From contig CAIIXF020000001.1 of the NCBI GenBank assembly GCA_903813345.2, positions 27,280,001-27,344,000 of the forward strand: DNA of 64,000 bases, read 5' to 3'. The notes under the pieces were generated by a model. The model ran no database searches and was not told where the DNA came from. It saw only the letters and a program-made list of their open reading frames with translations. Position numbers and translations under genes: made by a program. This DNA comes from Owenia fusiformis (Eukaryota). Shown piece by piece: positions 52,401-64,000 of this stretch (positions within the stretch are counted from its first letter, which is position 1; the number at the start of each line of letters is the position of its first letter).

Positions 52401-55400
52401 TTAATGACCTTCTCAAGGTCAAAAAAGGTCAAAAAGGTCTGTTTTCAACTTGCTTCAAATTGACCAAATTTTTTTTTCAAAATCATCTATATCTTTTCAG
52501 AAGTTCATATTTGACTTTACAAGTTCTCAGAAGTTCAAATCTGACTTTAGATTTGACCTTTGACCTTCAATGACCTTCTCAAGGTCAAAAAGGTCTTTTT
52601 TCAACTTGCTTCAAATTGACTAATTTTTTTTCAAAATCATCTACATGTTCTCAGAAGTTCAAATCTGACTTTAGATTTGACATTTGACCTTCAATGACCT
52701 TTTCAAGGTCAAAAAGGTCTTTTTTCAACTTGCTTCAAATTTACTTAATTTTTTTTTCAAATATCATATAATCACCCAAGTCACTATATTTTTACTAATG
52801 TCCCTAATATTGATGGATGTGGTATCATCATGGAGGACATTTCTGATCACTTTCCAATCTATTCCATTTCACATTTTGATACTACCAAATCTAAAAAAAC
52901 ATTAAGCAGTTATCGTAATTTCAATGACTCTAATAAGCAATTATTTCTTGAGAAACTCTCAAATGTCGACTGGACCCCTTGCTGTAAAAGTCAAGATGTA
53001 AACATAGCATTTAATATCTTCATTAACTTGTTAATGGAACAATATGATTCTTCATTTCCACTCAAATCCAAATTTATCAAAGTTAATCATGATCCTAATA
53101 GACCCTGGTTGACTTCTGGCATCTTAACTTCTGCCAAAACTAAAAATAAGCTATATACCAAATATTTGAAAAATCCCTGTTGCAAAACAGGAAAAGCTTA
53201 CAAGTCCTTCAACCATAAACTTAAGCACATAATTAAATACTCAAAACGTACACATTATCAAATTAAGTTTGCCGAAGTAAGTGGTAACATTAAAAAGTCT
53301 TGGTCTATCATTAATGAACTACTTGGAAAAAACAAAAAAGCTGCATTGCCATCTAAATTCACTATAAATGGAAAGGAAACAACAGATCATGAAATCATTT
53401 CCAATGGATTTAATAATTTTTTTACCAATATTGGTAAAAATCTAGCCAAAGAGATTCCAAAATCCAAAAATTGCTTTAATGAATACCTAGCAAGAGCTCA
53501 AAAAGTTCAATCATCTATTTATCTCAAAAAGACCTCAAAAACTGAGCTTGAATTAGAAATGTGTCTTCTAAAATCTTCCTCGCCTGGACCTGATGGGATT
53601 CTACCATCACTTATTAAGTCTGCAAGACAGTTTTTAATTGATCCACTCTTGTATATATTTAACTTATCTTTTAAATCTGGTATTTTCCCAGACGCCCTCA
53701 AATTGGCCAAAGTAACACCTGTATTTAAAAAAGGTGTCACTACAAATCCTTCGAACTATAGACCAATTTCAGTTTTATCTGTATTTTCTAAATTGTTAGA
53801 AAAGCTCATGCACGCCAAACTCACTGGTTTTTTAGAACGTTTTGAAATTATTTTTACTTATCAATTTGGATTTCAGAAATTCAACTCTACCTACATGGCC
53901 ATTTTATATTTCATTGAACAAATTCGAAAATCAACTGATTTGGGGAAAACGAGCATTGGCATAACATTAGATTTTTCCAAGGCCTTTGACACAATTAATC
54001 ATGACATTTTGATACAAAAACTTGAATATTATGGCATCAGAGGAATAGCTAAGTCCTGGTTCGAAAGTTATTTAAAAGACCGCAAACAATATGTCACCAT
54101 TAACAATTATGAATCTAAACAATCATCTCTAAATTGTGGTGTTCCGCAGGGCTCGGTACTTGGACCACTATTATTTATTCTTTACATAAATGATCTGCCT
54201 TTTGTTGCCCCTAATCTAAAATTTATTATGTTTGCCGATGACACCAATCTTCTTGATAGTGATTATGATTTAAATGAACTTATGACTAGAACTAATGCAA
54301 ACTTGAATTCAATAGATGACTGGATAAAAGCAAACAAACTTTCACTTAATATTGGCAAAACCAATGCTATTCTATTTGGACCCCAAAAAAATCAAACAAA
54401 TCTGAATCTTAAAATACGCAATGAGAACATAAATTTCCGGGAAAAAATTGACTTTCTTGGAATTATTATTGATAAAAACTTGAAATTTAAAGAGCACATA
54501 AAATCTGTTGAAACAAAGATTTCTCGCGTCATTGGTTCTCTTTATCACATTAAACATCTACTTCAAATAGACAGTTTCAAACAATTTACTACTCATTGAT
54601 ACACTCTCAATTAAATTATTGCAACATAATCTGGGGTAACACATTTAAATCATTTTATGATCGTCTACATAAACTGCAGAAACAATTCTTAAGGCTAGCT
54701 TTAAACAAGGATAGACTTTCTCACTCCGCTCCCCTATTTAAAGATCTTAGAATATTAAATATTTTTGATGTCAACAGATATTGTACTGGTCAGTTCATGT
54801 ACAAAATCTTTAATAAGCACCCCAGTCTTCCAGAAAATCTATTTCAAGACTTGTTTGATATCAACATTAATATTCATCATCATTACACAAGACAATTACA
54901 TTATTTTCATATCCCTAAATGCTCCAAACTTTCCCTTCGCTATCTGGGTCCTAATCTTTGGAATGCTCTACCACATGATATTAAAAAATGCTCCACTCTA
55001 AATATTTTCAAATCTTCATATAAAAAACTACTCATCTATCGATAATGTATAATACCAATTTCATACTATACTGTTGATTTTATACTGGTACCTGATTTTT
55101 GTAACATTTTTACATTGTACATCCTTAGATTAATTGTTAATATCATTTTTATATACCTACATGTAACATAATATAAGTGTTTTCTTTTATATGTAGTCTA
55201 GTTGTCATTTTAATGATTTCTGTTAAACCGCAACATATACCCACTAGGGTGTCTAGCGGCTTGTTTTTATAGTGTATATTATATAAGAATTATGAAATAA
55301 ATAATTGAATTGAATTGAAATCATCTACATGTTCTCAGAAATTCAAATCTGACTTTAGATTTGACATTTGACCTTTAATGACCTTCTCAAGGTAAAAAAA

Positions 55401-58400
55401 GGTCTGTTTTCAACTTGCTTCAAATTGACCAAATTTTTTTTTCAAAATCATCTACATCTTTTCAGAAGTTCAAATTTGACTTTACAAGTTCTCAGAAGTT
55501 CAAATCTGACTTTAGATTTGACCTTTGACCTTCAATGACCTTCTCAAGGTCAAAAAGGTCTTTTTTCAACTTGCTTCAAATTGACTAATTTTTTTTCAAA
55601 ATCATCTACATGTTCTCAGAAGTTCAAATCTGACTTTAGATTTGACATTTGACCTTGAATGACCTTCTCAAGGTCAAAAAAGGTCAAAAAGGTCTTTTTT
55701 CAACTTGCTTCAAATTGACTAATTTTTTTTTTCAAAATCATCTACATGTTCTCAGAAATACAAATCTGACTTTAGATTTGACATTTGACCTTTAATGACT
55801 TTCTCAAGGTCAAAAAAGGTCAAAAAGGTCTGTTTTCAACTTGCTTCAAATTGACCAATTTTTTTTCAAAATCATCTACATCTTTTCAGAAGTTCAAATT
55901 TGACTTTACAAGTTCTCAGAAGTTCAAATCTGACTTTAGATTTGACCTTCAATGACCTTCTCAAGGTCAAAAAGGTCTTTTTTCAACTTGCTTCAAATTG
56001 ACTAATTTTTTTTTCAAAATCATCTTTGACCTTAATTTTTTTTCAAAATCATCTACATGTTCTCAGAAGTTCAAATCTGACTTTACATTTGACATTTGAC
56101 CTTCAATGACCTTCTCAATGTCAAAAAAGTCAAAGAGGTATTTTTTCAACTTGCTTTAAATTGACCAAATTGTTTTAGGTGGTGACATTTTGTCATGTTA
56201 ATGCCTTGTTTTAAAACATATTTTGATCTTTGGTTCAATTGAATACACATTTTTCATCATCTTTTCATATGCCATTTTAAACCACTTTTCAGCACAGCTC
56301 ATCTAATGTGTTCATTGTATTTTATAGGATCTTAATATAAAGGGATTGCTTAGTTCAGTCAAAATGCAAATTGAATTGATAAAAGATTGGTTGTTTTATT
56401 GAACAAATCTAAAATACATGATAATTTACTGTGGTAGAAGCCGTATTAGAGTAGGCTGTATATGGAATCCAAATTAAATGCATAGAATTTTTAGATACAA
56501 TCTGTGATTCTCTAATTTCTTTAAGAGTATAGTGTGAAATATTTTCAAAATTTATCTTGCATCATGCCCGATACCCCCTTCTATTATCTCCAAAAAGTGG
56601 TGACATTGTTATATTCTCCAACTTTTTTGTGGATGGTGTTTGGCGGTTGGTGTTCGGCTTTCAGCAGTCTGCGGTCAACCTCTGTAACAAATGGCAGATT
56701 ATGACATTTTGCATGTTAATGCCTTGTTAAATGATATGATATTTTTATTTGTATGGGATTTAGTATTGAAGTCTGTAACAAATGGTTATACTTTTGTAAT
56801 TGTCACTAGATTGTGACATTTTGACATGTAAATGCCATGTCTTTTTGTCATACTCCCTTGAAAGAAATAGCTTTATATGTTTGTCGATAGACCTGATTCA
56901 TTTCTCTCACTGACGTTAGACTAATCATTCTTTACGTAAAAAAGTCATTCTTTTTCTGATCATCACGACATGTTTAGATAAATTCTCATTTGTAACTGAC
57001 GTTTCCTTCCATTATATGACTATATGTGGCATTAGCATTCATGAACAAGTAAATTACTTTCCCACACCTCAACTCTTGTGTGTTTGAGTAATAGAGTAAG
57101 TAAAACCTACTTATCTGAAGCAATAGGCATTGTAAGCAGTAAAAAAAACAGGATGTGTCAATTTCATGGTAAAAATAGTTGATGTATTGTATTGTTTTGT
57201 GTTTTCACTCACAATATGATCACAATATGATCAATATTATTTTGTTTTTCAAATATGGTGCTTGACCTTCGTCATGAGTTCAATGCCAAAACAGGGAAAT
57301 GCCATAATATCTTCATATTTTGTAACATCGGTTTTGTAATATGAGAGAAAACTATTTTTATACTAAACTAGATGGTTATAACAATAGATATACAGCTATT
57401 GTGACATAATGAAAAACCCATAAAATATTAAGAGAAATACAAAACAACTAACCAAGACAACTCAATAGAATAAGTCTAATGATAGATTAACTATCAAAAA
57501 CGTGTAGTCTGGTCCCACATGACTATGATTGATTACATTAGGCATAAATTGTGTTTGTTATTATACAAATGGAAGTTTTCTGAATTGAAACAGATTGTTC
57601 AAATAACCCCAGCTTCCTGCCTCGGAAATTGTGCTATTGGATGCCTGTTTGACAAAATAAGAACTGGGCTTTCATCTGTAATATAAGTGTGGTTGGATGT
57701 ATTACTTGTTGTAACATAAGAATACCGTCCAAGGTCGTAGCCAGCTTTCAGTCAGGGGGGGGGGTGCGATAGCCAAAAAATTCAGTTTTCAGTCAGGGGG
57801 CCAGTGCGATTTTGGCATAAACAAGATATTTGATTTGAATTTTACAAAATTTGATGCAACTTCCTCCAAAATTGAGCGAAGCTTCAAATAAAAAGCATTT
57901 TAAAGCTCTTTTCTTCTTTTATCTCATGGTGTTTTTTTATTTATTGGTTTTGGGGGATATCATCCAAGGGATATTCCTCATGTCATCCCGACGGGAGAGA
58001 AAGTCCTCTGTTGAATGTTGAAAATGTTTGACTCCCAGGAATATTAAAGTTCCCACCCTAACGTGCATTGAGAATTTGAGGAAAAGAAAAACATAATACT
58101 TAAAAAAGTTGAAAATTTGTAATTATTTTTAAAACCAAAAAATGAAAATGTTCGAAAAAATTGAGAATTTTTGAAAACATTAAATTTTTTGAAAAAAATG
58201 AAAAGAAAATATGAAAAAAATTTGAAATAATGAAATTAAAAAAAGTGAAATTTTTGAATTTACCTGGGATGATATCAATATCATCCCTGATATCATCCCT
58301 CTAATCCTGATATCATCCCTGTCCCAAATATGTGATTTATCATTTGCTATTATATACCTGATATTGCTCTGACCATGGTAAAATAATCTATATACATGCT

Positions 58401-61400
58401 GTACACTTCATGATAAACTAAGGTTTTCCAGAAACCTCACATTTAGCCAGCTATCTGTTATCGTTCCCTTTTTGCGCCAGACCTATTATTATCAATTTAT
58501 TAGTATTCAAGAAACTAAACAGGAACGTTAATGATAATCAATGGCAATTAATTAAGCTAGAATTCACTCAGGCAGGCTTATCTGTGTAGATAGCGTAGAA
58601 TTCTTTGAAATTGATCTGAGATATGGGGATTTAACAAGAGAAAGATCTATGTCTGACTATTAGATATATTTGCATAAGATCATGTAAAAATCTGTTGTAG
58701 CCTGTTAGGTAAAATTTGTATAACAGTTTCTGTTTTTTTTCTAACAGACCATTTAAAGGCTAAACATGGCAATTTCTGTATATACGAGTCGTATGTACTA
58801 GAGTCCATTTCATTGTTTAATTGCGTCAGTAAAACCTAAAGAATAAGAAATCAAAATATCATTATGCAATAATATATGGAAAAATATATTCCTATTGTAC
58901 ATGAATGACATTTGTATATCTTGGATTGCTTCTAGTTTGGCTTATAAAGTGTGTGGCCTCTTATATTTGGATGTTTTTCTGCCATGTTATTTTCAATAAG
59001 ATTAACATGGCTGAAATGCTTCAATTACAAGAGGGCACAGGCTTATTGCACAAAAAACTTAAAAATCTGAAATATACATCATGTACAATGTGAATATACT
59101 TTTCCATATATTATTGCACAATGGTCTACCGATTTCTTATTTTTGGGGTTCTACTGACGCAATAAAACAGTGAAATGGACTCAGAGATAAAACTAAAACT
59201 GTTTCCAAGTATCTCTCATGTAGATCTGTAATTGCTTGTCATGGGACATAAAATAGTGATGAGAATCATTTTCTAGAGTTCACTATTCTCTAAAGAGATT
59301 CATTTTGGTTGATTAGGTAATCCATAACAAAACATTTCTCATTTACACCTCCCAATTATAACTTAATTTTGACATTTCAAAATTTGGTCAGCAAAATTTT
59401 CTGAAGATGTTGCCCAAAGGCCATCAGAATACCGAAATGAAAGTAATTTTCTTGGTAGTGTTAGTGAGTATATTTTCATTATATATGTAGTCTCTATTCT
59501 GTAACATCATGTCGATGTACAGGACAAATAATCATCTTATAATCTATGTGAGAATTGATGTACTTTACACAGCACTTGACCACATGGTTTATCCCAAACC
59601 TAATCGAGAATGTTCAGTTTGTTATTATTCCTCAAGATTGATATTTCATATCAATGTTAATGCTTGCTAATTAGTCAGATGTGAGTAGGTAGTTACTAGT
59701 GTGGCCACCAGGTGGCTTATTCGGGGAAATAACATGGCAGGGTATAACATAGTTCCCTTCTTGAATATTCATCGGTTTTAGTGCCCTACTTTTCATATAA
59801 CTCTTATATATCTGATATTTATACAAATTCAAATATGGCCAGTAAAAGAAAATATTATCTGCCCAACACAAGAAAAGATATTTCACTTTTTGTGATTTTA
59901 CAACATGGGGTATGGGGAATCTTCCCGACCTAGAAGTCACATTTTTAAAGAAAATTCAATTTTCAAAGTTGATAAACTCTTTTCAAAACCACATTTCTAG
60001 ATGTAATTTTGAATTTTTAATGACGTAAATCAAGATTATTTCTACTCGCATCTAGTATATTGTGATATTGTTTAACCTTTGTGTTGCGTAAATATTGTTG
60101 TTGAAATTGTTAGTCATTGTTGAAATTTGCACCCACTGTTGAAATTGGCAGTCATTGTTAAAAGAGTCGCCAATTATGTAATACTAACAGTAATAATTTT
60201 TTTGTGAATACAACAATATTTGAAGAAGACAACAAAACAAGAACAACATAAGGCCAGATTTTTATACTAATTTTTTCATCAGTCTCAGTACATGTAAGAG
60301 GAATTTTTGGCTCACATGAGCTTACAGAAACTCTAAAGGCAAAATACAATGTATGCCCATTTTCAAGTGGGTGCAGGTTGGATTGTCACATGGGCGTAAG
60401 TCTCTTTTTCAAATCTCAGGTGGGTGCAGCACCCACTGGTTAAGTGCTAGTGAGATCACTGTAAAAAGAGGAATTGATCTAATATGTTCAGAGTGTAGAT
60501 CCGTTAGATCAATACACGGAATGTTAGATGAGAGTGTATAACAGTGCTCACTCAGGAATCTGCACAGGCAGACATTAGAGGGATTTACTGGTAAATAAAA
60601 TATCAATTTCCTCATTATTGTGTCTACCTAAAAACACTAGAAAATAGATTAAGTGGATAGAAAAATCCAGCGAATTTTGAAGAGAGGAGCCTTAATTTTA
60701 TCCATATTTGAGAAAGGTAAGTAGGGTGCTATACATTAAAAGACTGATATTTCTTGAAAGGTTCAATATTTTGGAATTTTTGAAACACAGTACATTATTG
60801 GAAAAATTGGATCTGCTATTTTTTGATTGATAACATTTTTATGTGTTTCATTGGCACTCTATAATAATGATTTAGGATTCAAAAGGTATTTTTCATCCAA
60901 GTAAAAGGATTTGTTCATAGTTCACCAGCAAACGGGTCATAATGTTAGACAATGCTTTATACAAATTATATGCATGGGAACGAGATTTTCTTAAAAAATA
61001 TGGAGATATAAAACTTTCATTCATGACAAGTATACCCTGACAATCTTACTACTTCAATAATTGAGTGTCTTCATTGTTTTGATTGATGAGATTTTCTTTT
61101 GAAAATAGATTATTTTTACAGATTATTTCAAGGTGTTAGATCATTATAGAACAATAGGTATTGTCTTCAGTTATTTTCTCTGAGACAGTCCTGGTAAGTT
61201 ACCGCTTCATATCCAGGAAATCAGGATGTGGCCGATGGGGTTTAATTAGGAGTGTCTGCATATCAGGCATCTCAAATAAAAACCTGACCATATTAATTTT
61301 TGTAACATGCTTGAGGACCCTCCTAGTAAAGTAAAATGTGGCATCTATATATGGTAAAATATTTTTAAAATGAACCCAGCCCCATTATAGGTACATGTAT

Positions 61401-63913
61401 GCGCTGAGATGAGCCTGATCAACAGATAAAGTTGATTATTAAGAATGATATTCTCGCACTTCAAAGAGTATCTAATTTTATGTTTCCATTCTTGTTATCG
61501 CTGGAGAACTTGAACAAATCCTTTTACTAAAGATGAAAATACCATTTGAATCCTAAATCATTGTTACAGAGTGTCAATACTGGTTGATATTTGGTTTCTG
61601 TAACAAATTGTTACACGTTGGTAATAATTTACCAGGTGGTTACATTTTGAAATGTCCTCGTCTTGTTTACAGTATATTTACTGAGAAGGGGCACAATTTA
61701 ATATGAGCTAAAGGAAGTGCTTATTTGCTAAAATACTGAGTATTGGGTAGGAGTAAATATAACATATAAAAACATTATTTATTATTCGTGTATGGCTATT
61801 AAGTAACACCAGGCCCATAGCCAGGGGGGAGCGGAGGGAGCGGCTGCTCACTTTTACCCCCTTGGCAAATATGCCCAGTAAATCCTGGCTACAGGTCTGA
61901 ACACTGATCTCATTCAACAATCTTTTCAACTATGAAACTTCAGGTTTCATCTCCATCAGTTATTCATTTCAAACAAAATATATTTTTGTTGTTCATCCAT
62001 CATAAATGGTTTGGTTTATATTGTCAGATTATTACATTGTTTTTTCCTGTGTTATAAGTCTAACTAAAATATCTCCAATAATACATTGATTATTAGTAAT
62101 TTTTTTGCCTTATTGTGATACAATCCTTATTTGGTTGTTTCAAAACACTTTTGCTTATTACAGCAATAGACATGTATTGGATACTTATTATATACTGTAT
62201 ATGTATTACCTGAATGTTTAGATGAACAATAGATTCTTACAATATTGGGCTGAAAAGAATTAACATAAAATGTCCGAGAATGAAGGATCTACTTGTCAGC
62301 GAATATTATCCAAGAAACATTCACTTTGGCATGATTTCATTCATGAGCTGTCTTAAGAGGGATTTATGCTACTTGAAAGGTTTCACGAGTCAGCGTTTCC
62401 TTAGGATTGTAATTACTTTCAAAAGTCGGCACCACCTAATAAATGAGAATCAATTACAATGTACAATTCTTTCTAGGTTTCATTGCAAGGCTAATTGATA
62501 AATTCTGTAATCTGTTATACATAAAAATCAACACAAATTGAAAGTTATGCATGTTAGGAATTTGATTTCCTAGATTTAATAGATTAAGGATATATAAAGA
62601 GAATTCAATGTTGAATAATTGATAACATTTTGATATGATTTGACAGACAGTATAATATTGTATACATAATCAGGGAAGTCAAGTAGGTTGTTTTAGGTAT
62701 TGTCACGAATTTTCGTCACGTTATAGTCTTACAATTCAAAGTGTATGTAGTTGTGCAATTCATTAGGCGACCAATGAGACATGAAATTGTGATCAAAGTA
62801 CAGTTACTGTGACACAGGAGAACAGGGGTAATCAGAAAAAGGGCTTAAGAAGATGTATTGTACATGATTGATGCTATAATAATGAAACTGAACTGCCATT
62901 TTGACTTAAAAATATTTGCTTCTCCAATACTAAAAGAACGAGATATTAAAATCATTTTTTCTTTTACAGATTCCTTGGATCTTCTTCTGGAGATAATGTC
63001 AACTAGTGTCAAATAAAAATATTTTTGCATTGGAGCATTGCATAGTTGAATTTTAAACATGTTCTGTTTTCTGTGATTTCAGGTGATATTCAGCTAGAGC
63101 AGGTTAAAGCAGAGGTTGGCTCAGACAAGGAGAATCCACCACAAAATCAGCAAACTGTAGAATCAGACAATATGGATGCCGATGGAGATGTCACTATGGA
63201 GACAAGAAAGCGTCCAATAGAGGGAGAAGTAGAAGACAGTGGTGATGAGCCGAAAAAGAAAAAGAAGAAGAAGAAGTCATTGGGGCCACAGATACCAAAG
63301 AATGCACTAATGCAACTGAATGAAATTAAACCTGGGCTTGAGTTCAAGTTGATGGGACAGACTGGTCCTGTACATGCTCCTGAGTTTGTCATGTCTGTAG
63401 AGGTCAATGGGGAAACCTTTGAAGGAACAAGCTCCACAAAGAAGAAAGCTAAACTTGTCGCAGCTGAAAAGGCCCTGAAATCATTTGTCCAATTTCCTAA
63501 TGCAGCTGAGGCATATCAAGCTATGGGTGGCCAGGTCACAGGCGGAGACTTCACTAAGGACGTTGCTGACCCTAGTAGTGATCTGCTATTCAGGCAATTT
63601 GATGGCGAACAGATGGAAGAAAATGGGACCAATGGTACGATTCGAGTCAATGGAAACACTCCGGGAGCCAAACGTGCCATCCAGCCCACAGCAGGGAAGA
63701 ACCCAGTGATGATTCTAAATGAGATACGTCCAGGGACCAAGTATGATGTTCTGTCTGAGACTGGGGAGAGCCACGCCAAGAACTTCTGCATGTCTGTTAC
63801 TGTAGATGACCAAACCTTCCAGGGAACTGGGCGGAACAAGAAATTGGCAAAATCTCGCGCAGCACAAGCTGCTCTAGCTAAAATCTTCAACGTTGAATTC
63901 CAATCTGCACCAG
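28293..63913 (+). CDS. ADARB1: ADAR2-like dsRNA adenosine deaminase, 3'-incomplete; exons 28293-28404 (linkage inferred) and 63083-63913
   Basis: Exon 1 ends phase 1 at G|GTGAGT and exon 2 begins phase 1 after tttcAG. No other coding exon was recognised in between. The deaminase domain lies beyond the window. Confidence 0.7.
29237..29713. mobile_element. Foldback element with ~200-bp inverted arms
   Basis: TGGACGGCTGAATAATAGTGACCTTT...CAAGTATTGGAGCGCTGAAA...TTTTCGATCAAGACTTGTAA is mirrored at 29567-29713. Confidence 0.85.
31673..31877. mobile_element. MITE CAGTGATCTCC...GGAGATCACTG, flanks ACATG/ACATT
   Basis: 11-bp perfect inverted termini; a related 3' half lies at about 60350-60462. Confidence 0.7.
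32958..33105. mobile_element. Small foldback MITE
   Basis: ATATAGACC..AGAGCAGGGCTACTAGTTTTGAATACACCC is mirrored by GGGTGTATTCGAAACTAGTAGCTCTGCTCT..GGTCTATAT. Confidence 0.8.
34246..34868. mobile_element. Tc1/mariner-type MITE, TA target duplication
   Basis: TA|CAGGGTGGGCCAAAAAAATGCCACTTTT...AAAAGTGGCGTTTTTTTGGCCCACCCTG|TA. Confidence 0.85.
42408..42881 (+). mobile_element. HINE-like family copy with about 2.5 satellite monomers
   Basis: Same termini and TGACCT/AGGTCA monomer as 51330-56210; GGTTGGCG-type microsatellite after the 5' end. Confidence 0.75.
43160..44136. mobile_element. Tc1/mariner-type non-autonomous element with long imperfect inverted repeats, TA target duplication
   Basis: TA|CAGGGTGGTCCAAAAAAAGTGAACCC...GGGTTCACTTTTTTTGGACCACCCTG|TA; inverted similarity extends about 150 bp inward. 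Confidence 0.85.
45460..45600 (+). mobile_element. Short degenerate HINE-like copy
   Basis: TCACCATTAGAAGTGGTAACATA...TTGTTATGGTCTCCAA...GTAACAAATG...ACATTTTGCATGT matches the family. Confidence 0.55.
48289..48780 (+). repeat. 18-bp minisatellite (about 27 copies)
   Basis: TAAGATTTACAGGAAAGT unit; produces the (RFTGKL)n ORF 48228-48788. Confidence 0.95.
51330..56210 (+). mobile_element. Helentron/HINE-like non-autonomous element with central ~125-150-bp satellite (about 16 monomers), interrupted by a LINE
   Basis: 5' hairpin TATGTCATCACCAAAAGTGGTGACATA, short GGCGTCT microsatellite, tandem monomers, 3' subterminal inverted copy GGTGGTGACAT, end GCCTTGTT in T-rich flanks. Superfamily is inferred from architecture. 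Confidence 0.72.
52762..55319 (+). mobile_element. 5'-truncated CR1/L2-group LINE (end of APE endonuclease plus RT), one frameshift, (TTGAA)3 tail
   Basis: YIFTN...[60 protein letters not shown]; frameshift near 54580; 3' stem-loop 55228-55259. Confidence 0.93.
56583..56841 (+). mobile_element. Two short or partial HINE-like copies
   Basis: CCAAAAAGTGGTGACATTGTTAT...GACATTTTGCATGTTAATGCCTTGTT (to 56728) and a second 3' end near 56840. Confidence 0.6.
58801..59182. mobile_element. Foldback MITE (same family as 27287-27675)
   Basis: GAGTCCATTTCATTGTTTAATTGCGTCAGTA... is mirrored by ...TACTGACGCAATAAAACAGTGAAATGGACTC; shares AATTACAAGAGGGCACAGGCTTA with about 27508. Confidence 0.8.
61810..61899. 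mobile_element. 90-bp MITE with perfect 5-bp flanking repeat AACAC
   Basis: AACAC|CAGGCCCATAGCCAGG...CCTGGCTACAGGTCTG|AACAC. Confidence 0.7.
63083..63913 (+). CDS. ADARB1: ADAR2-like exon: bipartite NLS plus dsRBD1 and dsRBD2
   Basis: RKRP...[100 protein letters not shown]. The frame has no stop before the window end, which would explain its absence from the ORF track. Confidence 0.95.
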
Positions 63914-64000
63914 GTATATGTATAAACCTTTATATTGATTATATTCTATGTCAAGTTCCTGTCGAAACTTCGTGTCTTCTCAAATACTCCGACACTCCTA

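Noticed and set aside
63147..63890. ORFs 63147-63437 (-), 63485-63709 (+) and 63516-63890 (-)
   Set aside because: Alternative-frame or antisense shadows of the ADAR dsRBD exon.

Overview
Eukaryotic, AT-rich, intron-containing animal DNA, probably an invertebrate (taxon inferred from gene content, not determined). Reading GT-AG boundaries by hand gives four loci. (1) The 3' part of separase (ESPL1, + strand): 12 exons, 33-16524, about 1488 aa in the window, with the catalytic His and Cys motifs. (2) A five-exon cytosolic sulfotransferase nested antisense in a separase intron. It has two in-frame stops and an apparent frameshift and ends in a PTS1-like -AKL. (3) A complete three-exon HRG1/SLC48A1 heme transporter (- strand, 164 aa). 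(4) The 5' part of an ADAR2/ADARB1-like RNA editase (+ strand), head-to-head with HRG1 with ATGs 226 bp apart. Its inferred first intron is about 34.7 kb, and its two-dsRBD exon (63083-63913) is absent from the ORF track. Introns hold two 5'-truncated LINEs, a three-layer nested transposon, many foldback MITEs, a Helentron/HINE-like family with a satellite rich in AGGTCA half-sites, and several minisatellites, two of which copy separase exon ends. No RNA genes or CRISPR arrays are supportable. No database searches were run; family assignments come from motif recognition.
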